The notes: a model not told the origin generated them from the sequence alone. Shown: positions 1 through 12,661, numbered from the whole stretch's first letter. The stretch is DNA of 63,432 bases, filler included, from Phoronis australis (GCA_002633005.1; 10 parts of 10 records of this genome joined end to end with filler, not necessarily neighbours in it); one strand, 5' to 3'. Made by a program: numbers and translations.

Positions 1-299
1 TAATTATATCAGTGTCCCAAAACAGTTCTCCCACTTTTTCAACTTCCAGAAATTCAAGTTACCGATAACCATATAAGTTGGCTCTAGATGGCTTTAATAT
101 ATTTTCACTTAGAAATAAAATTTAATTTGTAACAAAATTGAATCCAATTACAAGTTATGGAAGTGGCAACATAATTTTTATATGACAGATCGTTACCAAA
201 TTTGGTAAATAGCTTTTTGTTAAATAAATGAATGTTCTTATTTTTGGATGGATTTGACATATTTTGTGTTGTCTAGTTGACATTTTTTCTGTTTTCTAG

Positions 300-526
300 T
301 CTGTTTTTGGCATCCGCCCCTCCCTCTAAGGATGATTTTGAAAATTGGCATTCATGTTTCTACTGTTACGAGACTGGCTGATGAGGCAGTTTCCTGGGTC
401 TATGGTTGTATCTCTCAAACCCTCTGCTGGATACTTATTAAATTTATGATACAAATAAACACCTCTAGATGCACACCATTTGCAATGCAGTCGTGGGTGC
501 ATTTCAGCTCTCCGTGTTGCTCTTGT
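300..526 (+). mobile_element. 3' end of a Helentron/HINE-type non-autonomous element
   Basis: acaaataaacacc..gcacaccatttgcaatgcagtcGTGGGTGCATttcagctctccgtgttgctcttgt matches the 3' end of the copy at 58682-59497. Confidence 0.6.
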
Positions 527-958
527 AAAATAGTTCGTAATCGACTATAAAATCAGTCATTTGTAGTCTCTGCCTTAGTCTTTACCATACACAATCTTAT
601 CTCTATAGCATGCCCTCAGTTTTCTCCACTGAATAGCGGGCATCAACTTGTTCTCAAAGTGTCGGTACGCTATGTATCTGGTTCGTAATGGGTTATTGAA
701 ATCAGTTCCTTCGTCATTCATTGTTTGCCATGAAATAAATTGGTTTTTAAATATCCTTTAACTCGGACTCCAGTTTCAGATTATACTCTGTTCCCCTTAA
801 GTTTATACTTTAATACTCCCTAGACATGTAGACTAATATTCACTTCAGCTGAGGAAAGTGACTAGACTCTGCCAAAAACCAAATCTCCTGAAAATTTCAT
901 TTGCTCTAATTTATACCGAAATTGTTCATTCCATATTACTCATGGAACTACTTAAATA

Positions 959-1059
959 CCGTATTCGTCCGGGTTACGGGCCATGCTCGGCTTACCGCCC
1001 ACCCCCTGTTTTTTAGATTCCCAATTTAAGCGCCCTGGGCGGTAACGCGGATGAGTAGG
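959..1059. mobile_element. ~100-bp deletion derivative of the pogo/Tc-type MITE at 18906-20410
   Basis: TA|CCGTATTCGTCCGGGTTAC..TTACCGCCCACCCCC..TTAAGCGCCCTGGGCGGTAACGCGGATGAGTAGG: degenerate versions of both termini fused together. Confidence 0.6.
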
Positions 1060-1314
1060 ATAATTTAAATTTGAGTTTTGTGTTATCTTTTTCTGATTTT
1101 GAATGATACTTAATACGTATCAAACATCCAACAACATTAAAGTGGTCCCAACAGCTCAGGAGAGCTGGGGATCACCACAGATTACATTGAGTTCCCTTAG
1201 CTTGAGGCAGGGTTGGGGCAGGAATCTCTTCGGACTGAGGTCATGTGACACATGACTGCAGTTATCTCATCTGTGCGCATAACATTTTTTTATTTTTCAT
1301 TCTTACTGCTGTAG

Positions 1315-3107
1315 GGATAATCTCACTGTGGAAGTGCCTCCAAAGCCCGTCAAGAACGGTGATATCATTGAGCTCGTTCACGGAATATCCGGAAGGAAAC
1401 TTAACTCGTAAGTAAACTTTGAGATGTATTGATATTTTTTAAGAAATCTACTAAAATTTTAAAATTTGATTGGGGAGCACTTTACCATCTGTTTGTGCTT
1501 TTGTGAATATTTCAAAACTGTACTATACCGTAGAGAAATATATTTTGGGAAAGATTGGACAGCTTGATAGATTGATGTTGAAAACCAAGTTACCACTGAA
1601 TGAGTGAATAGTAATAACAATATTGAATGCTTCCAACACGTGAATGTTTCTCGTTCTTCAGCCATGATGTGACCGCTCCATTGTCGAAGAACAAACAGGA
1701 AGTGTCGTGTTACGTGAATTACAACGTGTCAATGCCACCGCAAACATTGTGGCGCGTGGTACGTAGCAAGCATCGGAACTCAAAATATCAAAGAATAGAT
1801 TCCCTGTGACATGGTGACTTTCTGTGATAGTGTTGTTGTTCAGAAATTCTGTGACGTTTTGTCAGATTTTGAGAATTCTGTCATACTTTTATTGTAATCT
1901 GCTGAACCAACTTCTAGGCTTTTAGTGTTTGTTGGTCTTAACAGTTATTCTGTGCTGCATCAAGTGGTGGTTCCTTTTTTCACAAATTGTAAAACCATGG
2001 AATTCATCGTTATCGTTGACAAAGATTGTGTCTCCCATATCTGGCATAAGCAAAATTGATGTGACTCATACAAACATGTAAAACACACCAAAAAGTTGTG
2101 ACGATTGAAACTTTCTGTCAACCCAGCTCAGCACAGTCTCAGATTTATGCGAATGTCTGTTGTAACAAATATCCCATCGTTTGAGCAGCCACAGTGTTGA
2201 TTGAAAACAGTTAGTGTAGTAGTTTGTCTAATACACGCTGTGTCACTGTCAAAATTTCCAGGAAATCTCCAACCCTATCGATGGTGACTCATGGAAGACT
2301 GTACGAAATAATGTCAGATTAATTCACGTCGGAACCTCTGCCACACTGCTGGTAATATTTTATCGTAGAATTACTCGTCGACGAACACTTGATTTAAAAA
2401 GAGTTCTTTATATATCATCTGATTGTTGCGAACATGATAGTATCACCCATTTCTATGACAAAATCAATGATACACAAATGTATCCCATTTGACTGAAATG
2501 TGTTAAGGTGTCAAAAATTTTACTTGATTGTTTAAAGTTGTCATTCTGGAAGACATCCTTTCCTTCATACTCACCAGTTTAGAACACAGAAATAGTTTCA
2601 TCGACTGAAATGAGTCACAAAAATGTGACGAACTCTTGCCGATTTTGGACAACAATAATTGTCAAAATTGGTCTTTTTATGTTTTTCAAAGGCTTTTAAC
2701 ATTGTTGTGAATGCCACAGTTCCTTAAACCATTGTTTGATATTAGCTGTGTTGTAGAACTTTAGACAGATAAAGAGTTACTGCTCTATCGTGCCCACTTA
2801 TTGAGAACCAGTTTTCTCCACTGAATAACGGGCATGAAACTGGTTTGCAAAATGTGGTCATTTTAAACTATTGCCTGTGAAAGCATACTAGTCTAATTAC
2901 AATTTTCTAAATTATTCACACACGCACATACGCACTCATGCTGATAGTGGAAAATTGCAAGGCAATGATATGTTATCTCCCCTGTACAGACCACAGACCT
3001 TTCTCTGCCAGAGTGGGGTTTCCACCAGAAGGAGGTAGTGACAGACAAGGCCAGTGGAAACAGCGACACCTCTCTGTGGAATGTGGAAGAACACAAATAC
3101 GGACAGA
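1315..3107 (+). CDS. POMT1: Protein O-mannosyltransferase 1, partial (4 internal exons, MIR domain): 1315-1407, 1662-1758, 2262-2351, 2990-3107
   Basis: AG/GT-bounded exons splice in frame to [132 protein letters not shown]. This is collinear with the POMT1 MIR region (PPRPVRHGD..LVHG..LNTHDVAAPLS..QEVSCYIDYNISMP..LW..LPDWG..WNVEEHRYG). The rest of the gene lies outside this scaffold piece. Confidence 0.95.
2790..2862. repeat. ~75-bp hairpin repeat (copies at ~612-668, 2790-2862, ~59891-59965)
   Basis: Shared core GAGAACCAGTTTTCTCCACTGAATAACGGGCAT(C/G)AAACTGGTT with self-complementary arms. Confidence 0.7.
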
Positions 3108-3221
3108 GTAAGTTCAGCTACTAAGAGTCACATCAGTATTCAAGGACATCTTGTTTTCGGCTGCAAAAGATCCCAATGTGTGTACTAGCTTGATGTAAGT
3201 ACACAGAAATGGTTGCTGTGC

Positions 3222-3321
3222 NNNNNNNNNNNNNNNNNNNNNNNNNNNNNNNNNNNNNNNNNNNNTTAATTAATTAANNNNNNNNNNNNNNNNNNNNNNN
3301 NNNNNNNNNNNNNNNNNNNNN
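3222..3321. other. Artificial scaffold-concatenation linker N44-TTAATTAATTAA-N44 (also at 6898, 17336, 23788, 27383, 51798, 54652, 58505, 62121)
   Basis: Nine identical 100-bp blocks. The palindromic 12-mer puts TAA stops in all six frames, and unrelated gene fragments lie on either side. Confidence 0.95.
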
Positions 3322-3366
3322 TCGTTAAAAACAATTAACTTTGTTTTATTTCATGACCAATCTTAA

Positions 3367-3705
3367 AAGGATACCAAACCCGGTTTTGACCTATTAAGAG
3401 ACAGTAAAAATTACTTTCCCATCCAGTTCTCTGAACGAAAATAATTCTCTATAACCCTCGGCACCCTCAAAAGTTTGGATGGAAAATAAGTCCTTTTCAA
3501 AATCTGCTAAACGAGCAAGCATGACCAACACTTTTATTGAATTGCAAAGCAACTGTGGGAAAAGACCACCATGATGTCCAATCTGTGACATGTCAAGTAT
3601 GAATTTTCAGTTTATTCCTCAAAACTTGGAAGATTGACGCCAATGTTACATCAGCAGGTTACAGAACGAGGATTGGTTCAAATCATCAAAACAGGGTTTA
3701 TTTTA
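3367..3705 (+). mobile_element. Kolobok-type (TTAA target) MITE family; other copies at 7610-7961 (-) and 33148-33443 (+)
   Basis: TTAA|AAGGATACCAAACCCGGTTTTG start, shared internal sequence (ttcccatccagttctctgaa..gattgacgccaatg..agaacgaggattg) and inverted end CAGGGTTT. Confidence 0.6.
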
Positions 3706-6700
3706 GATTAATTTGGATAACAAAAATTATTTGGCGAAATGTAATCTCCGCAAACTCTGTTGCTTTATCATATTTTTTGCTGCACTTCTAATCCGATATG
3801 GGTGAAATTTACAAAAAAAGTTTGTATTATGAATACCGGTCGCTTGTTTTTGGTTGTAATCGGCAGCAAAATGGCGCTGTGGTGGCATTTTTTCATTATT
3901 GGTTTGTAGAGCCACAAGGCTCCGCTGTCTCTGGAGGGATTAGTTTTTGATTTTTTTTGGATAGATCATAGGCTACCGTCAATGTGCTATTTGTATTTAC
4001 CAAAGACCGTTCTCGAGCTATTCGAGATTTTCTGATTACCGCTCTTCTATTAATTGAGTTTTTGTGGTGTTTGTTCGTCGACCCTCTTGACGGGTTTCTC
4101 TGAAATAAAATTTGGTATGTGGATAAATCTTTTCAAGTGCTATCAGCATTGTGAAACCCGGCGCTACCACTTACAGTTCTCTAGATGTTCGAGAATTGAT
4201 TACGCCAAGTGTCGCTCCTCAGAGCGCTTTCATATGCAGTAATAATATTCATCCAGTCCATGGAATGTTTATGTGATAATTTCGGAGTAATGCTGAGGGT
4301 TTTACGTGGACTGCTGGAGCGGTGGAGACTAGCCGTCAGTTACGGTCACTGAGTTCCTTAGAGCTCGAAGCTTGGCATCCGGTACCGGACGTCTGTCGCA
4401 AGCTACAGATCTAGACTAATTGTCCGGTACCAGACTTGCATCTTACGTTGCCGGACGGGTAGTGCATCCGGCGCTCATGACTAGCTACCGAGCTAGGCCG
4501 AGTACCGGTTACGACCTTGACTGGCCGCCTGGTACCGGAATTTAGCTTCTGTTGCTAGTTCTTCGGCACCACGGATGGGCAGGAATCTGGTACCGGCCGT
4601 CTAGCACACGTTACGTTTTTCAGTGACTACGACGTCCGAGCACTGCCTATGTGGTCTTAGCTAAGCATCTGATCTCTACTTCCCGTCTTGTAAACCTACC
4701 GGACATAGCATTCCAGCGTATAATCCGTTAGCAATGGGTACCAACACGGCATATGCAAACTTGAAATTTTTGTCACATTTGTATTCTCGAAGTAGCACCT
4801 CAGTGGTGAGCCGCGTCTTTTCTTTCAAGAGAGACTGAAGGGTTTGAGAACAATACCAACTGGGTGTGGGGGTACCTGGAAACGATATGCAATAGACCGT
4901 GCAAGACCGTAATCTCTTTAATGTTACTTATTATACATGTATGTGCATAAGTACACATCTTGCGCAACCTTTATTGATTTAGGGACAAATTTTCCGCACG
5001 TTCAAACAATTAATAACAACAATGCGGTTTGATAGTTTTAATAGCGTTTAATAAAAACAAATGGAAAGGATAACACGAGTGATGACGACTTCACGGTTAC
5101 TACAGAGTCCTTCAAGGTTCTCGAGTTGAACGTGAAACAGCGGCTCCATGTTACATCAATAAGCACCATCACCCGTTCCCGTAAGAGACACATCCCCCTT
5201 TGGTAGCCGACAAAAGTGTAAAATTGACAGGAAAATATTTTTTGGCATTCATTTATATAGCGACAAACCGTGGGCGTGTAATTTTGTGTATGGGTAAGGG
5301 TGATATATCCTTGATCCGCCATGTTTCGTTTTCGTCCGTCCACACCAGTACAGTGAATATGGCGTTTTCACGAAAAAAAAAAACAAAAAAAACACACACA
5401 TTATTTCCAAAACCAGTCACAGGAGTCCGTTCACAGACAGATGCATTTTCATTAGATTTATTTTACATCCACCCTCGTGTTTGAAATAGAACCGACACTG
5501 AAGCGCAGTCCAAGTAGACCTGCAATAATGGTTTATTATATTAAATAAACAATAAAGTCAGCTTTAAAATTGTGATCTGATTTGTTTACTGCGCAAGTTC
5601 ATACCGGCGTTTTAGTTAGCGGTGTTTACTTCTGGTTGAACCCCGTTCATCAAAGAAAAAGCTTTTGATTAAAACCACTTTGTACCACCTGGGTCGTGTT
5701 TGACAAGACCAACTTCAAAACAGCAAGAGGTCTACATCAACAGTTATTTTTTGACAGAAGGTGGCTTTCCATTAGCTTCATTTAGTGACTCTCCCTGGAT
5801 TAATGAAACCTGAATGAAACAGCAAAAGACCAGCATCTTGAGTCTGCATTCATTTGCATCGAGAAAATGCAATATCTGACAGAGACTGTCCAGTCAGGAG
5901 TTGGTTACTGCATTCGATCATTGAAAGTGAATGGAGAAACAAGATGTCGTCCTTTTGACAAGCCCTTTGCATCACTTTGCCGTTGTAAGCAAACGGGAAG
6001 GGAACAATAATGGACGCCAAAGATGTTTTACCATAACCAGGGACGTGTATGTCTAGAAATGGACCCACCAAACGTTTTTATTTTCCCCGTCAACCACAAC
6101 ATAGTAATCCGTTTTTTCTACCAGGTTTCACACCACTAACAGAAATATTCCACTTCTAAAAATGACAAATTGAAGTCTTAAAATCCCCTATAATGCCCCT
6201 ATAATAAACAAAGATTCACCAGAACAAATACCCCTCCTACGAAAATCCCAAACATGTCCCCAAATCCACACCGAATGGGGGGGGGCGACACCCCAAATTG
6301 TCTGCGCTGGAATCGAATGGACATATGACTGTATGCTTTCCCTTGATTATCTCCTTGTAGGTGGATAGTGAAGAACACCGTTTTCAAAATCTTACAGGTA
6401 ACATTTAATAACAGTGGACATGTATGCAACAACAAAGCACATCAAAGTTAATGCATGCCATATATAATGATCTCTGATTTCTAATTTATGCTTTCCTTAT
6501 ATATTTCTGAAAAATTGAAATTAATATTTTCCAAAACACTGTAGAATCTCAGCAATTCTGAACACAATAGGGCAACAGCTCAAGTTTTACTTTCCCACTG
6601 TGTAATTAGATAAAAGTTCCACCAAATTAAAATTCATCTGCTATGGAGTTCTGTTCTCTGTTCAAATATCTAAAAATTGTGGGTTCTCACATCAATGTTA

Positions 6701-7153
6701 GACACTCTGATAAATGGAATGAGGGCAATTTTACCAATTAGTTTGTCTGAAATTTGTGAGAATCTACAGTGGCAAGACAATTTTTCACTGATTTAAAATA
6801 AATAAAGAAATCAATTCTACAGTTTATTACGATTCATGGCAACTCTTTTCTCCATCCCACCACATAACAGTTTCAATACACCGACATAATCATGCAANNN
6901 NNNNNNNNNNNNNNNNNNNNNNNNNNNNNNNNNNNNNNNNNTTAATTAATTAANNNNNNNNNNNNNNNNNNNNNNNNNNNNNNNNNNNNNNNNNNNNCCC
7001 ATCAGCCCCCCGTGGTGCACAGCCTATAGACCACGTGTGGCCTTGCACTCAAGTGGGGGCTATAGACCCCCAGCCCCCTATGGTGCACCGCCCATGCAGA
7101 GTACTTCAATTCCCTCAAATTGGTCGCTGAATTGCGTTGGAATACAACCATAG

Positions 7154-7353
7154 TGTTGCGAACATTTTGCTCCGTCAGCACGCCATCTCTTTGTTCACAT
7201 CACGTGACCTAATGACTATAAGTCCCAAAAGATTTCTGCCCCCGACCGATTTCTGTCCCGGTCGCGGGCAGAAATCTTTTGGGACTTATATTCATTAGGT
7301 AACGTAATGTAACCAAAAAGATGGGGTGCTGACGGGGCAAAATGTTCGCAACA
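7154..7353. repeat. 200-bp foldback palindrome (95-bp arms, 10-nt loop)
   Basis: 7154-7248 is the reverse complement of 7259-7353 with a few substitutions; the inner 47 bp have 3 mismatches. Confidence 0.9.
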
Positions 7354-8006
7354 TATTTCCACAGCTTGCTGAGAAAGATATATTTATAAACCACAGTGTT
7401 AACTTTGGGCATAAACGACGCTGACGACCTTCGGTCAAAAGAAAACAAAAAATGGTAAAAAACGCAACATTCAATGACGTTACAGAAGGCACTTATACAT
7501 CAAAATAAATATAAGAAAGATACGTTAAGACTAAAAAGCAAACCTCTGTCAGCTATTCACGTGGATAAGTAGACAGAATTCCCATTTTCCCATAAAATCA
7601 CAAAAAATAAATGGACACCAAACCCTGTTATGGTGATTTCAGACAATCTTTGTTCTGTCACCTGCTAATGCACCACTGACATCAATCTTGAAAGAGCAAG
7701 CACGAATCGACTAACACATGGATTCCTATGTCACAGATTAGACATTAAAGTTATTGGTGCGTGCTCTTTCCCCAGAGTTGCCTTGTAATTCGCTAAAAGC
7801 GTGGACCCTCTTGCCCGTTTAGCAGCGAGGCTTTAAAAAGAGTTTACAAAATCAATTTCTCCAAACCTTTGAGGGTTGTCGAGAATTACATGTACAGAGC
7901 ATTACTTTGCTTCAGGGAGTTGGATATCTGTTAACAGGCCAAAACCGGGTTTGGTATTCTTTTAATACAAACTGCACCACAACATCAAACAACAAGCATA
8001 TGAGAC

Positions 8007-8708
8007 TTAAGGTTATTTCAAACCTTATTTAGTGGCCTCTATTCTAACTCGTATATCAAAAAATAAGCTTTGTCAAGTAGTAAAAGCATATATTTTCTGA
8101 AAGAACAAAGATCAGGAAATATAAATATACTTTTTGTATTTATTTGTCCTTATTATTTTTACGTAAAAACCTTTTTTATGTAAAAATTTTATTTTTAAGA
8201 AAGGTACATTCACAGCAAAATAACCCCTCGGTCGATTTTAACAAAACCTTTTTTAAATGAAAACTTCATCAATTACCTCAAAAACGCTGTTAGGAATTTT
8301 CGATTAGTTTGTTCGTTTAGTTTCTATGACAGATAAACTCGCAAAACGTAAGGTATTTTTGTAAAAAATTGAAGTCTTATTCGTCTTTGCCACATTACAC
8401 AAAAACTAAGTTTTTATATCAAAAATCCTAACAGCGTTTTTGAGATTGGTGACTAAGTTTGGAAAGTTTCAGCGAAATCCATCGAGCCACTTTCGAGAAC
8501 TTGTGTTCCTAAGTTCAAATAAAGTCGATTTGCCGAAGCCGAGAAAAAGCCGATTAAACTGGGACACGTGAAAATCTCTAAGTCTTTGGTTAATTATTCT
8601 GTGAAAACTTGTTTTCAGTATACATAACCTATAGAATCCTTAACTATGTCACCTATTTCAATGTTTTCTTGCAATGTCAACTAATTTTGCAGGGCGTAAC
8701 TAACTTAA
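8007..8708. mobile_element. AT-rich Kolobok-like non-autonomous element
   Basis: TTAA-flanked with weak inverted termini (GGTTATTTCAAACC / GGGCGTAACTAAC), plus an internal inverted repeat aaaacgctgttagga / tcctaacagcgtttt. Confidence 0.4.
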
Positions 8709-9431
8709 ATATCATTAAAACCTCAAATACACCTATCTTTAGCAGCCAACTTCTGCCGTTTTGTACGACCTACTTCGAAAAGTAGGTCACAGTTCATAGC
8801 CTGTACACGTCAAGTGTTGGAGACTGATACCAAACCAAGTAAGAAATGGATAACAAAAATTGAACTGGTGGTTAAAGTAAGTCGTTAACATGAAATCGAA
8901 ACATCGAAATGTTAACTTAATAATTGAATTAAGGAATAAGGGGGGAGGGGATTTATCTCTTTTCACAACTTCCTGTGTTCATGACCAGATTGAGGCCTGA
9001 GGCAACTCGTAGCATTCGTTTTCAACGTCAACGGTCGTATGCATGTAGACGCACAACTCCCTTAGGATCAAAACTACGTTTTGTCTTCGTTTTCCCCGGC
9101 ACCATTCTATCATAACCACACCTCGATGGTTCAATGTTATGGCGAATTTGTGAATGAAAGGACTGAGGGTATACCGAAGCTGTTCTGTACCTGGCGGGAG
9201 GACTCGATTTACTTGAAAGCCCTTTAACCTTTGACCTTGGATAAGTGGTAAACAAATATCCACGCGGTTGTGCGGTTTCAAGGTGGTTCTGCTAAATCTT
9301 TTTTTCTCGCTACGCAGTATATATTTCGTATTTGAAGTTCCCCGAGAATGAAGATAAGGTATTTTGCTATACACAAGTGAAATTTTGTAAAAATGGCCAA
9401 TTTTTGTGAATAAGGTTGGAAATATCCTTAA

Positions 9432-9664
9432 AGGGACATTTATCGGGTTTACGACCGAAAAAATAAACCATATTTGTGGTAATTTATGGATGCGATATCT
9501 TCTCGCAGTTATTTACCCTGAGCTAAAAAACAACCAAATCGAGTGTTTTTGCATTTTTTTTACAAATTACAAATTTTCACCGTTGTCTGCCAAGGACTGC
9601 GACTTGTTAAACCTGATGAGGTAATCTCAGAAACTGATTTTTCTTCCCGATAATGAATGTCCCT
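9432..9664. mobile_element. Kolobok-type MITE with TTAA target-site duplication
   Basis: TTAA|AGGGACATTTATCGGG ... CCCGATAATGAATGTCCCT|TTAA. Confidence 0.75.
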
Positions 9665-10089
9665 TTAATACATGTATCTTCAGTTTTAGGCCGAAGGAAT
9701 AACCTTAAACTATTTCCGATTGACAAAAATTATACAGTCACGTCCAAACGTTTTGTTTCAAAATGAAACAATTGGAGTTTGTATACAGGATGTCCCAAAA
9801 TGTTAACAAAATAATCTAAGATATGAGTGCCATGGTAAGGTTTAACTACGAACAAATAGTGTTTTCCTTTTCCCAGGAATCATATTTTTGGAAAGGTGCG
9901 CAGAAGCTGAATAAAATTTCTCAGTTGACTTAATGCGAAAGCAAAAAATTTTGGAACCAAACGCAACAAGTGCAATGAGGATTCCTTTAGTGAGTTACAG
10001 TCAACCTCCATGAATACGTGATATGACGCGCATCTATTTTTTATTCTATACTATCTCGTCTGTTGTGCGCGTGTAGCTGTTGACTAATG

Positions 10090-11085
10090 AATTGGGATGT
10101 TTTAGATTCAAAGCCTTTGTAGATTAACCAGTTAGGTCAAATTGTTTACGACCAGATAACAACTCACTTAAGGCTCGCTAAGTCTACATAATTATTGGCT
10201 CGCTGTGGCAGTTGTTGGTGTCTATGTCCTTTGATGTGGGGCTTTGGAGGCAGACATCGGTTTTACGGCCGCTGAACGCTGTTTTACTGGGTCGTCAACC
10301 TTTTTGTTCGAACTCTACAGGTCGTATGATATTTACACATAATGTGTGCCTTGTAAATAGCACGAAGCCTACTCTTTTTGGTTGACATCGCTGTGGCGCC
10401 ATTTTGTTAATTTTTGTTGGCCGAACCATAGCTATCTTGTCTCCCATACCTTGAAATTTTTTTTTTTAAGAGGATTTCCCCTTTTTTGGTTTTGATTTCT
10501 TCTGATTTGATTCCCAGTATCTTTTTTCTTCTTTATTATTATTATTTTGACTTTATTTATGGTAAAAAAAGTTTCTTGCAGTTACATTATACAACAAAAC
10601 ATAACCCTATTTATTTGTAAAACAATACATCAACTGGAAAATATTCCTCTTTTTCATAACGGGTCATTCCAAACCCTGTTTTCTGGAGGGATTTCATGAG
10701 TTTTTTTCTTTGGATAGATAAATTCAAAGGCAATCGGAAATGCACCGTCTACGACCTACTGTTCTTGAGTTATTCGAGATCATTCCGCAATTGCTCTTAA
10801 AGTAATTCAATTTTCGTGCCGTATCGCCAGATTCTCTGGATGGATCTTTCTGAAATTTGACATGTGAATAGATCAACTGCTTTCCGCAGTATCTAATCCG
10901 TTACTGGCTCAGTTATTCGAGATGTGCGACTTGGTCGTCGACTTTTGTTAGTATATTACAGGTCTCATTTTTTATCCGATCGGCATGAAATTTACGTACA
11001 TTGTGTGCCTTGTAAATGTCACAAAGCCTATTTTGTTTGGTTGACATCGGACTAAGATAACACTGTGGCGACCATTTTGTTCTCT
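10090..11085 (+). mobile_element. Helentron/HINE-like element with degenerate internal subrepeats; related piece at ~3780-4235
   Basis: The block tttac..tgtgtgccttgtaaat..aagccta..tttggttgacatcg recurs at ~10330 and ~10990. The segment ctggagggatt..tggataga..gttc(t/c)tgagttattcgagat is shared with 3925-4030. Confidence 0.45.
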
Positions 11086-11417
11086 TTTACTGGAGAAATG
11101 AAATTTCCGAAAAACGGAAGGATTCAGGCAATCGGTAGACGAGTAGAAAACAGCGACATCTATCGCAAATGATACCACCTAAAATATCTACCGCTAAGAA
11201 AGTACATGTAGCATCTGCGTAAGCGGCAAATTAAGCTTTCATGCGTAAGCTATAACGTGTCAATTACCAAACTAGTTTTGTGAATGTGATAATAATAGCC
11301 AACTCTGGTTGAGTTACAATCAAAAAGTTCTCCATCGAAGTCCTGGTTTTTCTATCAAAAATTACGGATTAAATTTAGTTTTAAATTTTTGCGATATTTT
11401 ATTGCGCGCGCAGAATG

Positions 11418-11997
11418 CTCGCTGGTCCCCTACGTGCCTAGCCAGCACGCAGGTATCACGCAGTGGCACGCGCTTTAGCATTCGTTGATGTAACCTCAGC
11501 AGTCATTGGTTAGCTTTACAACACCGTGAAAAAAATGGCGGACTGAGAACGAATTTTAGCCTTGTCAAGCAAATGGCGTCGCAGCAACTATATCGTTTCT
11601 GCAGTGGTGTTTAATATCCGCGTGCTTGAAGCACATACATGTACACTAATAAACACATATCTGGCCGATTTAACCGGTGTGTTATTCGTACTGTATGAAT
11701 ACAGGACATTATCGTAAACAAAAGTCATCGACAGTAGGAAGATGCATTCCGAAAAGGCGCATCCACAATTTCTAGGATTCACATTTCCTGAACATAAATT
11801 TCAAGCACCGATTTGTCTGTACAACAGACCATAGAATATCTATGATGCCAGTTTGTTTGCGTCAAGCGCTGTCTGTTGAGAATTCGACTAGCCAATCAGA
11901 AACATCGGTGTAAAACAATTTCCCGAGAAAAATTGAGTGATACCTGCATCACGGTGCTGGCTACTGACCACCTAGCGGCACGCAGGAAACCAGCGAG
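11418..11997 (+). mobile_element. 580-bp non-autonomous DNA transposon with CTCGCTGG termini and a 10-bp TSD
   Basis: GCGCAGAATG|CTCGCTGGTCCCC ... GGAAACCAGCGAG|GCGCAGAATG. A second, inverted copy lies at 50556-51286. Confidence 0.85.
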
Positions 11998-12661
11998 GCG
12001 CAGAATGTGGCCAAATTACCGCCAGATTTTGGAACTTTTTCGTTTAGTAAAAATTAATAAGAATTAGCAGCATTTGTGTGTCTGCTAACCTAAACAAAAT
12101 GTCACGAGCCACTATTGTGTTATACAATTTCCGCGAGATGCCAGTGTATACTGCGGTGCACTGGAATATTGTAAGTAAGTGATAGTGACAGTGAGACAAG
12201 ACATTTCATTGTTGTTTTCTTTTGTTTTTAACTCCATAATTTTCGATCTGGTTATCGTGACATTGCTCTAGTTTGACTGCTGGCTGGGATGTCACGTGAT
12301 GACTTTCTCTAGTTTGTTGTACCTTTAGCTGTGTGATGAATATTTGAACACGATTGTGATGTGGTCAATGCTGAGAGATATACCCAGTAACTACTTACTT
12401 GGATCTGCCACTAATTCTGCCCTGTGTACCTCTTCATTTTTCGTGCCATTGGTATTATTGTGTCTGGATCGACTGAGTTTTGTAGCTGCATCTGGCATCG
12501 TTCGTTAGAATATTACTGGATATTTGATCACCAAATCATACACATGATAGAGGCTCCTACCCATACACATGTACAGTAGACGCTTCGTCCGAAGACGGTG
12601 CTGCGTCAAATAACCAGAAACGGGTGACGGCCAATGCCTTGTGCATTTTTCTTCGACAACC

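Noticed and set aside
3266-3277. Recurrent TTAATTAATTAA palindrome as a biological repeat or recombination site
   Set aside because: It is always centred in exactly 44+44 Ns and encodes stops in all six frames: a synthetic spacer.
8979-9374. 131-aa minus-strand ORF with exon-like flanks
   Set aside because: No recognisable motif in any frame and no consistent splice partner.
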